DNA of 63,958 bases, filler included, from Octopus bimaculoides (GCF_001194135.2; 6 parts of 6 records of this genome joined end to end with filler, not necessarily neighbours in it), one strand, 5' to 3'. Positions 50,261 to 63,958 are shown, counted from the whole stretch's first letter. The notes: a model not told the origin generated them from the letters alone. Numbers and translations are program-made.

Positions 50261-51897
50261 TTCTCCGCAAACTAAGATTAGTCTTTTTATTCTTCTATCT
50301 AGAAATATTTTATGAAATTATTCAAATATGAATTTTAGAACCATCTCGCGTGCTGTAGACAATATTGAATGCACAAAATGAATACACTTTAATAGTTGGC
50401 CGTTCGGCACGGAATCGACGCTGTAGAAGTGACTCTCACATAGAATCGGATATTAAGGCGAGACAGCTCACAGAAGGTCCCATTCAGAAACGATGGGCAT
50501 CGGTGTTTCGCTATTTTTATGAATAGCTTGTCCCTGACTATATGTAAAATGGTGTAAAGACCACCTGCTAGTATGTCCGAACGATGTATACGCATGGATA
50601 ATTCTTGTAATTCATGTAAATTTGAAGTACGGATTGGTAGTTTTAACCACTTGCAAAATGAATTGAATATTATAATAAAATAATTATTTGTGGCATAATA
50701 ATCAAAACGACAACTTGCAGAAGATTTGGAATTCAACCTCGAAGGCTGCCAGCATTGTAGACTCTGCCATTTACCTTAAAATGCATATCATCATAAGATA
50801 ATTTCTTAAATAATATAGTGTGCTTCCTCAGGCGGCAAGCTGGTTGTAACGTTAGCACACTGGGCGAGATGCTTAGCGGTATTTCGTCTATCTTTACGTT
50901 CTGAGTTCAAATTCTGCAGAGGCCGACTTTGCCTTTCATCCTTTCGGGGTCGATAAATTATTTAAGTAACAGTTGCGTTCTAGGGCCGATCTAATCGACT
51001 GGCTCCATCACCCCAAATTTTGGGCTGTGTGCCTAGAGTCGAAAAGAATATATTATGTTTCCAAAAATTTAAAGTGTTATTGCTTCCCTCTTTGATTTTA
51101 GCTCACACTTTGTATATATCTTTAAATATGAATATACAGAAGTGCCAGAAATTGCTTTGCTAGAAGATGAGAGCGGCCTAGTCATAAAAGAATAATGGAG
51201 AGCAGACACTGTTCGAGATAATGCAGATTCTCCTTCCAGACAGAAAAATGTATTCCCCCTCTGAGTATTTTATACTTGTTAATTGCTGAAACGAACCATC
51301 ACTCGTTTCGTAAGACATTACCTTTTACTCTAAAGACTACGTTGATAATTGTAGATGTAAAATACTGATGCAAACGCTAGTTTAGATCTGAAGAGCGCTC
51401 AATTAATGAGGAACAGAAACGTAAAATTATTTAAACTCAAATTAGTAGGCTAACGAAAAATAATGATAATAAAAAAAATATATAAAATATACAAGAAATT
51501 GATCATTAAAAATAGAAAGAAAAAAACATGATTTGCTTGCTAAATAATTGACCAATTGATCAGAATTTATTTAATTCATATACCATCACAAAAGAGAAAA
51601 TCATAAAACATCAGAAAATATCAGTAGAGAAAATAAGTGTGCAGACCAGTATAATATTGGACAAAATCAAGACAAAGACCAGTATTTAATGGAGACAGCA
51701 CATCCAACCTAGACAAACATTAGATTAAGAAAACAAAATATAACTAAATTTGCAAATCAAATTGATATCTTTTATTTTCACGGTGAAGTCGCTCTCTCAT
51801 CGGCTTCTGTGCTTCTGTGTCTCCTTTTCAAAGTTGAACCTTCATCTCTAGTGTCTATCTCAACCATCCTGTTTATATATCGATAGATTTATACATA

Positions 51898-51930
<33 letters not shown>

Positions 51931-52053
51931 CTTTTCCTCTGCTTACTAATTTCTCTCTCCCTCCCTCCCTACCTCCATCTCTCTATCTATCTATCCAGCT
52001 ATCTAACTATCTATCTATTTATCTATCTATCTCTAGCATTCTATTTATTAAGG

Positions 52054-52105
<52 letters not shown>

Positions 52106-52647
52106 GATATATATGATATTTGATATATATGATATATATGTATGTATGCTTATAAATATATGTAGGTTTCAATCTATACATGACATCCACCTTTACATCT
52201 ATATGTATTTGCACACATATGCGTATATGATTCTCCCGGAGACAGTCGTGATCGGTATTATAGGAAACCATCCATATACTGTAACGTCTGCGACGTGAGT
52301 AGATTTTAATAATTTATATCTATATCTCTTTCTATCTAAATATACATACACACACGCACGCACACACACACACATATATATATATGTATGTATATATATT
52401 ATTTTGCTTAAAAGAGTTCCAACACTGTCTGTTTTTTATGTTTTATTTATATTCCTGCAGAACTAATGTGGGGTATAGAATATGGAATATACAATATATA
52501 ATATAATATACAATATACAATATAAAATAAAATAATATAAAAATGGATGGCACCATGAAAGAAAGTATTGAATGTAGATGAAATATTGAGTGTTCAATAT
52601 AAAGGATCAAATATATAAATATATAAATATAAATATATATATATAAA

Positions 52648-52687
52648 GGCGACTCGAGTTTCAGGGCTATTTCCCTTCGTCATGGCC
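52648..52687 (-). ncRNA. Hammerhead-like relic
   Basis: GGC-CATGACGA-AGGG(AAATAG)CCCT-GAAA-CTCGAG-TC-GCC; one extra A in the CUGAnGA core. Confidence 0.5.
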
Positions 52688-54869
52688 GGTATGACAGACT
52701 TTAACATATATATATATATATACACATATATATACGCATATATACACAGACACGTATATAGATAGATACAGTTTACCAAATATCTATGTACATTCTCACC
52801 TTCTCTCTCTCTCACGTACACACACACACACCTAACAACTCATATCTACACAAGCAATAGTCATCGAAAAAATCCTCTACGAGTTCGATTCATATGATAC
52901 ATATAGAAATCAAATCTGTATCAAATCACAGTCAATGCTAATATTAAAATCCCGTGTTAATCCCTTGCAACTAATTTTTTTGCATTATAACCCCATAGTT
53001 GTTGGCTATGATATTTCTACCGTTTTTTTTTTATTTTTGCTTCGGTCAATGCTCTGCGGCCAAGGAGGAACACCGCCTTCAAGGGTTTAATCAAACAAAA
53101 TAAGAATAGAATATATTATTTTAAAGGCTAGTACTTAATGCAAGTGCTTCTATTAAATTATTATTACGGGGACAGAAATAAACTAACACCGGATGTCAAG
53201 CAGGGGAATGTGCGTACACAAAAACACACAGACATATACATAGATATAGATATAGATATAGATAGAGATATAGATATAGGTATAGACATAGATGCAGCTC
53301 ATATACACAACTGATGATTTCCTTCACTTTCCGGCTATCATTTTACTATTAACCCGGGCTGATTTTGTTGGCCCACGTCTAAAGCAGAAGAAACTTGCCT
53401 AAGCTGTTGCGAATTGAGTGTTAAACGGAAATGATATGACTGTAAATTGAGCTTCTTAACCAATGATGCTTCCTGATCATTAACGTTGTTATATTAATTA
53501 AGCACTCTTAAACTACTGCATCAATTCTAATAGAACTCGAGTTATTTCTGGAAAAGACAACCCGAAAAACAGTATATTTCAAACAAAATCGTGATAATCT
53601 CAGCTGGAGTACGTTTATATTATTTGGTCTAATTCAGTTCTGACTTACAACTAAAACGCAAACATCTGATTACAAATATAACTTATATTTAGGATTAACA
53701 TGCTCCAAAACGACAAAGTACTTCTTCAGAATGACGTTGACAAGAGAGTTCTACATCCTCTAAGTTAGAAAAATTGTTTCTGTTAAGTTTTATATCAGTG
53801 TAGAAAATATTTCTATAGTAGCACGCGAAAATTATTTTTGACTTTGATAAGTCGTATTGTTTAATGCATTTTCAGTTCGCCTTTCGTATCTGTATAATAT
53901 ACTATTTGATTCAATTATGTACTTTTTATTTCTGTAGCGATTTAATTGATTTTGATTCTAGTTATAATTGGAACACTTGATAATTTAAATCTAAGACAAG
54001 GGAGTTAAACTAGAAGTTCTCTAGTTTTAATGAGCTGTGAAACTGTCACCCTTCTCTCAAAATATGAAGTGCTGTTCGGAAGGGAGAGTACTGCTGTAGA
54101 CACTGAAAAAATGTTTTTCAGGAGAACAGAAAAACATTTTTGTTTATTCTTTTGCAACATCGAAATCAAATGTGATATTAAAAAAAATGTTGCTTTACTC
54201 CGATAAACTCAGAGTAAACTACACGCTATGTTCCTGTCTATATGAGAGAGGCATACAATTCATTATTCTAACACGATGCGTAATCATACTAAGTGCAATT
54301 TAACCGTTTAGATACGTTCTAAACGACTGACAAGTCTAATATTTTGCAGATATAGATTTCTGTGTAGGCAACAAATTTGAATATCACAAATAACTAACGA
54401 AAACAGGCGAGACCCATTCATACACTGTGAAAACAAAAGAGGAACAAACAGAATGCTGGAAATGCTCTAATATGTTCAGAACCCGCTGGTTGAAAGTAGC
54501 TGAGCTACAAGAAATTTAAGTTCTAGCGTAAATGCCAGTACTGAAGTTTGGAAGACGGTAAAGTTACTGAATATATTTTCTGTGAACGCAAACATGACTC
54601 GTAGATTTATCTTTATCTACATTTGAACGCAGTATGTAAAAACAAATGAATAAATACGAAAATTGTTTTAGTCACCACGCCGCCAATTCCTCTAAACCAC
54701 TAACATTTAATAAGAGAATTTTCAAACATAATAATAGAAGTGTTGTATCCCGTATTAAAATAACTTCTGATAATTATTACGAACAATCTGATGACAAAAA
54801 AATCTGATGACAATCTGATGTACACCAGTAGAGATCGGGAAGAGAATATACACTCGTAGACTTGAATAA

Positions 54870-55095
54870 ATATCTATATAGGATAACTGAACATGCCCCA
54901 AGAGGCAGTTATGCTGCGGATACTAAGATAATATGGTTAATAACTAACTTTTCTAAACCATATTCTAGAAGATTTAGATCCCGCTGTCTTTACACCATTG
55001 AGAAATTTAGTTTCTTAACGTCTCGTCTCAACTTGTTCAATTCCAGAAATGAGCAACTTTCGAAATGTCATCATCAAAGCATAACTATACGTTAA
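54870..55095 (+). mobile_element. Decayed Penelope-like endonuclease C-terminus
   Basis: RSRCLYTIEKFSFLTSRLNLFNSRNEQLSKCHH resembles the PLE motif C.LC..EK...L......LNSRNEL.SKCRH. Confidence 0.5.
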
Positions 55096-56045
55096 GAAAA
55101 GTGCCAAGCTTAAGTATACAATAATTTTAAAAGTGCACTGTATTTCAAACTCTTCGATCTTTCTTAAAGATTCTTGATATATAATGGTCATATCATTTAC
55201 ATGGTGGTTCTACATTTCTAGATAGAATTTAGCGTGAAAAACCTCTACAGAAGCTAAATGCTGTTTAAAAGTATTTCCCATAACAGTACACCATCAGTAA
55301 TTTGCCTTGTTTTATTTTGCTCTTTTCCTAATATCGATATCAAGTACATCATAGGTAACAGTAATATTGAAGTAGTATTTATAATTATTGTTGCAACATA
55401 ATACATGTTACAACAATCAATAGTCTATATTAACATTCTATATTTTTTGTTAACAAAAATGACTGTTTCTATAATAAAATATAATACTGGCTTTTCTTCT
55501 CTTAACCCATTATATATGTGGCTCCGCTACTATGCATTCATGATATACATCTTTTCATGAATTGCTACAGCAACAGAATAATAGTCTACTGTGTTTGGAG
55601 ATAAAATAGTTTGTGCAAGCTAATTGTTGTCCTTTAAGCTTTCGTTGAGATTTTGTTTCCTTACTTCGTTGCATTATTTTACATAGCATAATATATGTAA
55701 GTATATGTATGAATAGATATGAATACACAAACGCACATACACAAGCATACACATGTATGTATGTATGTACGTATAGACTCAAACAAACCACCACACGTAC
55801 ATCAACTACTTTGTTGAACTCGCTTCGCCACTGAATGTTCGTTGTCTGGCAACATTAATGTTTTTATATTCATTGTGTAATAATCTAAACTTTAGTATTA
55901 ACTTATATAGATTTTTCATTGTGTTATATTTTATCCTTCCCAGTGGAACAATTACTATTATGACCGATGTTTATGTCTCATTATTGAACAATTTTTCTTT
56001 TATTTCATTCATCATCATTATCAGCATAATCATTATCTTAATTAC

Positions 56046-56102
<57 letters not shown>

Positions 56103-56843
56103 CAGCACCATCATCATCATCATCATCACCGTTATTATCATTATATAATACGAATACTATTTTTTCTTTTCGTAGTTGTTTTTTTAACAACAAGGAGGTT
56201 GGGCAGATTTGAACTTTTAACCCAGAACACAATCAGTTGCAGCTTTAGGAATTCCTAAAAGGGGAATTAGTGAAACTCCCCAGTACAATCAATGGGAGGC
56301 TGAATCAATGGGGCGAGGTCATCCCGTTGTCTCCTGGAATAGGGTGGCGGGAGCAGTGGTTACCAACAGCCCTGTTACTCAACCTATTTCCCATTGCCTT
56401 ATAATAACAAGAAAGGTATACAAATTACGCAAAAAAGGAGTTAGCGTAGGTAAAAAAAAGATAGAAACAAAAACAAGGAAACCACCAAGAAACTGGTTCC
56501 ACACCGACAGAAAAGAGTACTGAAATCTCGTTGACATAACATACCCTGTTGAAGGGTATGGTATGGTTGTTTGTGTTTTTCAGCTATCTATCACCAGCTG
56601 AAAATTCAGAGCCCTGAGAATGAGAGGTATATCGCATTTAAGCTTAGGCCAAAAGTGCTTCAAACTAATTTCGTGTGTCTTAGTTCGCAACAGCAGCTCG
56701 GTAGGCTTTTGCAAACCTGTGTTGATGGTTTCGCTTTATTTCTATTTATTTGCATTTATTTTTTTGCGTTATAACATATGAACCCGTCCCAGCATACTTT
56801 GGAATTGTATAACGTTTTCTCATCTCACCCTTCTTTCTTTCTT

Positions 56844-56904
<61 letters not shown>

Positions 56905-57004
56905 NNNNNNNNNNNNNNNNNNNNNNNNNNNNNNNNNNNNNNNNNNNNTTAATTAATTAANNNNNNNNNNNNNNNNNNNNNNNNNNNNNNNNNNNNNNNN
57001 NNNN

Positions 57005-57095
<91 letters not shown>

Positions 57096-57348
57096 CCCTC
57101 TCTATCTGTCTGTCTGTCTGTCTGTCTCTCTGTCTGTCTGTCTGTCTCTCTGTCTGTCTGTCTGTCTGTCTGTCAGTCTGTCTGTCTGTATGCTTGCCTG
57201 CCTGATGCCTGCTTGTCTGTCTGTCGATCTGTGTCTGTCTGTCGATCTGTGTCTGTCTGTCGATCTGTGTCTGTCTGTCGATCTGTGTCTGTCTGTCGAT
57301 CTGTGTCTGTCTGTCTTCCTCCTTGTTTGTCTTTCTGTTCTATCTATC

Positions 57349-57405
<57 letters not shown>

Positions 57406-57410
57406 GCTTG
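57005..57410. repeat. Compound (TATC)n/(TGTC)n microsatellite with an 18-bp minisatellite (GTCGATCTGTGTCTGTCT x about 5)
   Basis: Visible directly in the sequence. Confidence 0.95.
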
Positions 57411-57770
57411 TATATCATTTAAAAAGAAATGATCCGTGATAGACGGTCGTACTTATCAGATGATTGATAAGCTGGAAGTAAGCAAAATAGTTCGGCCGAC
57501 TGTCTCGGATCATTTCTTCTGAAATAAAAAAATTAAAAAAATCAAGAAAAGAAAAAAAAACCCCTCTCTCATCGTCTAACACTGTCTTTGTGTTCTTTAT
57601 TTGAAAAGTAGTTTCTACTTATAACTAAGCTATTCAAATACAATACCCACACAAACACACATCACTAACAGTAACATGCACTGAAATTCATTCGTAAAAA
57701 TACTTGAATCAATAAAATCCATAAAAATACACTTTTTATTTTGGATTGCATGCCAGTGGTTTATTAACAA

Positions 57771-57883
57771 AAATGAAATACACAACTTGATAGACTGAGA
57801 TGGAGTCATTCACTAATGTGCCAGAGGTTGGTGTATATTGGTGAATGCTTCCATCTCAGTCTATCGAGTTGTGTATTTCATTT
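57771..57883 (+). other. 113-nt near-perfect hairpin
   Basis: About 50-bp stem. Of the six non-Watson-Crick positions in the main stem, five are G-U on the + strand. Confidence 0.8.
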
Positions 57884-57947
57884 CCTCTTAAATTCCACCA
57901 AACATGTGGGAACTGAATGGGGGAAGATCATGAGACAAATCTTGTCA

Positions 57948-58337
57948 AAATACCAAGAGCTGATTGGGCAGTCCAGAAACTAGGGCTGGCAGGCACGTTG
58001 CGAGACAGTTGAAGTAGGCTATAGGAGCTTTGTGGGGCGTTCCCTCCGCAAAGACCTCAGACTGGGTTTGGGGTTACTGGTGTAGCAAAGAGGAGGGCCA
58101 CAAACTCCACCAGTGCAGTTGCAGAGAAGTGCATTATGTGATATTGGATAAAGAAGGCAGACTGGTGGCTTGCTGCCACAGGGATAAAAGCTGGGACTTG
58201 ACAAACCCCGGCTAGGACAAATGGGTGAGGGAGTCAGATGCTGAAGGCCTGAAATCCCCTTAGACTCCAGAAACATCATTGATAGTGCATTTATGAGAAC
58301 GTTACATTGATGAGAACGTTACATTGATGAGAACGTT
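57948..58337 (+). mobile_element. HERO/NeSL-like non-LTR retrotransposon 3' end
   Basis: KYQELIGQSRN*GWQARCETVEVGYRSFVGRSLRK...GVTGVAKRRATNSTSAVAEK...WIKKADW resembles the REL-endonuclease tail KYQEL..C...GW.ARC.P.EVGCRGF. Ends in a 17-bp tandem GAGAACGTTACATTGAT. Confidence 0.75.
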
Positions 58338-58615
58338 TAAACAGCTCTTTAATAAACACTACACATATTTCGATACAACATAGATCCACTTGTACATTTA
58401 AATTAAGCAACGGTTTATCTGTATAATGGGATCCAGTTGTATCTCCTCAGGTGATATATAATCGCTGTCCCAGTTAGTTATTTTCACACACGATGAATAC
58501 CTAAACCTAGACTTGGAAGTATACCGTAATACTACCGGTTATTCGGTAATTCTAAGGGTGAACGAGCTCTACTTTGTTCTCTGATATGTTCCTAACGGAA
58601 TACACCTTGAACACA

Positions 58616-58683
<68 letters not shown>

Positions 58684-58937
58684 NNNNNNNNNNNNNNNNN
58701 NNNNNNNNNNNNNNNNNNNNNNNNNNNNNNNNNNNNNNNNNNNNNNNNNNNNNNNNNNNNNNNNNNNNNNNNNNNNNNNNNNNNNNNNNNNNNNNNNNNN
58801 NNNNNNNNNNNNNNNNNNNNNNNNNNNNNNNNNNNNNNNNNNNNNNNNNNNNNNNNNNNNNNNNNNNNNNNNNNNNNNNNNNNNNNNNNNNNNNNNNNNN
58901 NNNNNNNNNNNNNNNNNNNNNNNNNNNNNNNNNNNNN

Positions 58938-58990
<53 letters not shown>

Positions 58991-60111
58991 CAATATACAC
59001 ATATGCACCGTACAGTATATCATTCTATTAAGAATGCATTTCGAGGCCTTGACACTAATAAACTGCACGCCACACCCCGCTAACTAATATATTCAGATTC
59101 ACGCACATATTAACACTTAATACAAAACGATGCATACACACATACTGCATATAAAGAAATAGATCGGTACAAAGATACACACATGACCATACACACTCAA
59201 GTACATGCACAGACACGTGTGCGAGTACACACTCAGAACATACATAAGCTCACATATACAGGCACACAATACGCTTGTACATATATATACACCTATTAAT
59301 ATACCGATTTGTGAATTTCTGAAACAATGTATAATGGCATTTGAGTTATTTTCGGCTATTTTCGGTTATTTTCGGTTACTTTCGTTCATGTTCATTTTTC
59401 AAAATATTTATTTGTATTTTTTATGTTTACATTAGTAATTTTTCTTTTATCATACAACTTTTTGTTTCATTTTTATTTTATTGTCTTTTTTTCGATATAT
59501 TCCCTTCCACGTGATTTATAGTCTAATAGAATTTCTCCCGCTCTCTTCTGTCAATTATCGTTCATAGTTTGTTTCATTTATGTATTCACTTTCTTATTTT
59601 CTAAGTGTTTTTTTTTTATTATCATTATTACTGGAGGTTGGGGTTACGCCCTTCAACAATTCTGATTGGATGTAAATATTAAGAGAAGGGCATATTGAAA
59701 CAAAATTATCTTACCTGCATTAATTATATGAAGCATAGGTGGTAAACTAACTCTTTCACCTACGTTAATCTAAGAGAATAGCTATTGTTTAACCCAGGGT
59801 CAGTTCTGATCAAGGAGATCTATGACCAAACATTCCGATCAACATTGCTCAATCTCTCTCTTTCTTTCTATTTCTCTTTCTTTTCAGGCACAGTGTAGGT
59901 ATTATTCAATGCGGACTTTCTATTTTTTTTTTTCAAAGACAGAACGGTAAAGTTTCAGGGACATTTTGCTGCTATTTCTTGCTGACTGAAGTATTAGAAA
60001 TATCGGTTCCGGACGAATGCTTCTTTAGTCTTGAATGCAGGGCATTTCTCCTCTGCTTATATACGATGTGTAATGTTATTTAGCCCCTGGTATCAGTTCT
60101 GGTCGAGGGTT

Positions 60112-60496
60112 GTTGTTGTTGGGACTCCGTCGCTTACGACGTCGAGGGTTCCAGTTGATCCGATCAACGGAACTGCCCGCTCGTGAAATTAACGTGCAAG
60201 TGACTGAGCACTCCACAGACACGTGTACCTTTAACGTAGTTCTCAGGGATATTCAGCGTGACACAGTGTGAAAAGGCTGGCCCTTTGAAATGCAGGTACA
60301 ACAGAAACAGGAAGAAAGAGTTAGAGAAAGTTGTGGTGGAAGAGTACAGCAGGGTTCGCCACCATCCCCTGCCGGAGCCTCGTGGAGCTTTATGTGTTTT
60401 CGCTCAATAAACACTCACAACGCCCGGTCTGGGAATCGAAACCGCGATCCTATGATCGCGAGTCCGCTGCCCTAACCACTGGGCCATTGCACCTCC
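60112..60496 (-). mobile_element. SINE family B, full length (reverse)
   Basis: Reverse complement of 4330-4713, with a (GTT)n tail at about 60108. Confidence 0.9.
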
Positions 60497-61267
60497 ACTG
60501 ATCGAGAGTATGGATGATGAAAAGCGTTCCAATCAAGATAATCTCGTATGTCGTTCATATTTGTTAAGAGAAGTTTGTGTTGTGTTCATTATGTGTAGTG
60601 TGAAATATGTGTTTTGTGAAATATGTGTAGTGTGAAATATGTGTTTTGTGAAATATGTGTAGTGTGAAATATATGCAGTGTGAAGTAGTTGTAGTGGGGA
60701 ATAAGGTATAGGCGAGTATAAGATATGGAGAGTAAGATATAGGCGCAGGCATGGCCGTGTGGTTAAGAAGTTCGCCCTGCAACCGCGTAGTTTCAGGTTC
60801 AGTCTCATCATGTGGCATCTTGGGTAAGTTTTTTTTCTACCATACCACTTGGCCGACTAATGAATATGCCAGTGAACATGGTAGGTGGAAACTGTGTAGA
60901 AGTGCGCTGCTCTATACACACATACACACGTACCCGCCCTCACGCACATATGTGTGGATGTCCTTGTGTGTGCCTGCCTTCCACCATCGCTGGACAACTG
61001 TAACTTAGCACTTCAGCAAAACAGTCTAATAGAATAAATGCCAAAGCAGTGCCCCAGCTTGGTTGCAATCTAATAATTGAAACAGATAGAAGATAAAAAA
61101 AGTGTAATGGGTGTGAGGCGTGTGTAGTGGTCAATATGTGTGTTGTGACGGGTGTATAAGGGATGTGTGTTTGTGAGGTGCAATTTTGTGTAATGAGCAC
61201 CATTGTGATTAATGTTGTATTTATGTATACTTGTTAGTCTGTGTGGTCTAATCTACGCTTAATGTTA

Positions 61268-61312
<45 letters not shown>

Positions 61313-61323
61313 CCTATATATAT

Positions 61324-61356
<33 letters not shown>

Positions 61357-61690
61357 NNNNNNNNNNNNNNNNNNNNNNNNNNNNNNNNNNNNNNNNNNNN
61401 NNNNNNNNNNNNNNNNNNNNNNNNNNNNNNNNNNNNNNNNNNNNNNNNNNNNNNNNNNNNNNNNNNNNNNNNNNNNNNNNNNNNNNNNNNNNNNNNNNNN
61501 NNNNNNNNNNNNNNNNNNNNNNNNNNNNNNNNNNNNNNNNNNNNNNNNNNNNNNNNNNNNNNNNNNNNNNNNNNNNNNNNNNNNNNNNNNNNNNNNNNNN
61601 NNNNNNNNNNNNNNNNNNNNNNNNNNNNNNNNNNNNNNNNNNNNNNNNNNNNNNNNNNNNNNNNNNNNNNNNNNNNNNNNNNNNNNNNNN

Positions 61691-61744
<54 letters not shown>

Positions 61745-62041
61745 GCATTCATTCATACATACATACATACATACACACACAAACACGTGTGTGTGTGTGT
61801 ATGTGTGTGTGTATGTTTTGTGTGTGATGCATTGTGGTTAGTGTGGAAGACCATCCTACCACTCACACCTCAGAACCTCCCCACGTGAACCAAGCCTGGA
61901 ATGTTGCCCACAGACCGTGAAAACGGAGCGATAATAAAACTTCAGTGCAGGACCATTATCCTCGACGATATCGGCCAGGACGACGGTGGTTGCAAAATGC
62001 CGTTGTTTTCTGTTTTATCATCATCATCATCATCATCATCA

Positions 62042-62100
<59 letters not shown>

Positions 62101-62279
62101 TTTTTTTTTTTTTTCTTTTTTTTTTTTTCTTTTTTTTACCTCAATTGACTTAAGTAACTCATAAACTCATAATCAGTGTTAGGTTGGATAGATAAAATAC
62201 TATATTGCCGAATTGCTTCACTGAGCAGACTTCGTCGATAATACTGCAACTGTTACCGTGGCGTTAGACAAAATTTTCG

Positions 62280-63560
62280 GTTGGTCGGTAGCGGTGGAGT
62301 GGTGGTGCCGGAGTGGTGGTGCTAGAGAATGGTGAGGGTGGTGTTAGTGGTGTTGGAGTGCGGTGATATCAGGGTACTAGTGCTTAATTGGTGGTGTGGT
62401 ATGGATGGCAGTGGTATAGCGCTGTAGCGGTGTTGCTGTCGTTGTTGGCATGCTGGTCGTGTGGTTGTGTTGGTGGTGGTGTTATAAGGTGGTATTGGCG
62501 GTAGTATGGCTGTGTTGATGATGATGTAGAGTGGTAGAGTTGGTAATAATGTAACAATACTGGTGCTGGTTGTAGTGTGGTGGTGACGGTGGCGGTGTGG
62601 TGGTGTTGGTAGTAGTGTGTGGTATTGGTGGTTGTGGTGGAGCGGTGTTAGTGGTAGTACTGTTGCTGGCGTGCGGTTAGTGTTAGCAGTGGTGGTGTTA
62701 TGAGGTGGTATTANNNNNNNNNNNNNNNNNNNNNNNNNNNNNNNNNNNNNNNNNNNNNNNNNNNNNNNNNNNNNNNNNNNNNNNNNNNNNNNNNNNNNNN
62801 NNNNNNNNNNNNNNNNNNNNNNNNNNNNNNNNNNNNNNNNNNNNNNNNNNNNNNNNNNNNNNNNNNNNNNNNNNNNNNNNNNNNNNNNNNNNNNNNNNNN
62901 NNNNNNNNNNNNNNNNNNNNNNNNNNNNNNNNNNNNNNNNNNNNNNNNNNNNNNNNNNNNNNNNNNNNNNNNNNNNNNNNNNNNNNNNNNNNNNNNNNNN
63001 NNNNNNNNNNNNNNNNNNNNNNNNNNNNNNNNNNNNNNNNNNNNNNNNNNNNNNNNNNNNNNNNNNNNNNNNNNNNNNNNNNNNNNNNNNNNNNNNNNNN
63101 NNNNNNNNNNNNNNNNNNNNNNNNNNNNNNNNAGTGGTAGAGTTGGTAATAATGTAACAATACTGGTGCTGGTTGTAGTGTGGTGGTGACGGTGGCGGTG
63201 TGGTGGTGTTGGTAGTAGTGTGTGGTATTGGTGGTTGTGGTGGAGCGGTGTTAGTGGTAGTACTGTTGCTGGCGTGCGGTTAGTGTTAGCAGTGGTGGTG
63301 TTATGAGGTGGTATTAGTAATGGTATGAGGGTGTAGGTGATTGCATAATGCAGTGGTGTTAGTGGTAGTACAATAGTGTTGGCAGTGGTGTGGTTCTGGT
63401 GTTCGATGTTGTAGTGGCGTAGCGGTATTGAAGCGTAGTCTTATGCTGATGTGGTGTCGTTGTGATGCTACAGTGCTGGAGGTAGTATGACGGTGAGGGT
63501 GTGGTGTTAGTGTAGCGGTGTTATTGCTGGAATCGTGATGTTGTTGTTGCGGTCACCTTC
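62280..63560. repeat. GGT/GTG-rich low-complexity tract with an internal gap
   Basis: Degenerate (GGT)n/(GTG)n; 62530-62713 is repeated exactly at 63133-63316. Confidence 0.9.
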
Positions 63561-63958
63561 TACGAGTAGTTGTTGTTCTTTGGTCGTAGATCAAAGCCAG
63601 ATTGAACGTTCAGGCCGGGACCCTCTCCCATCTTTTATTTATGGGCAGGGGAACCCGGGGCTGTGTTATCCAATGTGTCCTTTTTTTATTAAGACGGTAG
63701 GGTGAGATATGAATAATAGTTACCTACTATTTCTAGCATGTCGAGTGAACACGTAGAGGATCCTTTGCTGCTTCAGAAGTGTAGAGATGAGGAAGTGAGG
63801 GGGTAATGGCAGGTATGGGGGATTCGGTGTGGTGGAATGGGGGTTGCGTCTCAGAATGGTGGTGGTGGTGGTGGTGAGGTTTGTTACAGCAGTGGAATGA
63901 TGTTGTTGGCTGGTAGTAATGAGGGCTGGTGTTGGCTGGGGGTTTGAGATTGAATCTT

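Noticed and set aside
50389-50736. 115-aa minus-strand ORF with a CPSFLNGTFCE motif
   Set aside because: No recognisable domain, no convincing splice sites, and it starts inside AT-rich sequence.
51385-51430. CTGAAGA...GAAACGT hammerhead-like words
   Set aside because: Stem I does not pair and stem II is not adjacent to GAAA.

Overview
Eukaryotic, repeat-dense, AT-rich animal DNA. The SINE families and microsatellites look like an octopus genome; this is inference from pattern recognition, not a database result. The window is not one contiguous locus: five identical 100-bp spacers (44 N + TTAATTAATTAA + 44 N) join six sequence blocks. Two partial minus-strand genes can be built by hand with GT-AG junctions and consistent phases. 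One is the 3' part of a PTCD3/mS39 mitochondrial PPR protein gene (8 confident exons at 9250-18094 plus a probable last exon at 6529-6580). The other is four FERM-region exons of an ERM (moesin/ezrin/radixin) gene (40245-44237). The rest is tRNA-type SINEs, decayed LINEs (RTE, CR1, R4/Dong-like, HERO-like), Penelope-like elements, mariner/Tc1 and piggyBac-type MITEs, a 5S rRNA pseudogene and microsatellites. Almost all ORFs in the supplied track are artefacts. The most interesting signal is a set of minimal type I hammerhead ribozyme folds from several unrelated repeat families. They include a 355-bp tandem unit (5180-6048), a 269-bp unit with terminal redundancy and an intact core (15829-16164), and a Penelope-like repeat that also carries a tRNA-like Pol III module (36310-37490). 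These resemble non-LTR retrozymes and Penelope pLTRs. A 113-nt hairpin (57771-57883) has G-U wobbles all on one strand. All alignments and folds were done by eye, and repeat boundaries are approximate.
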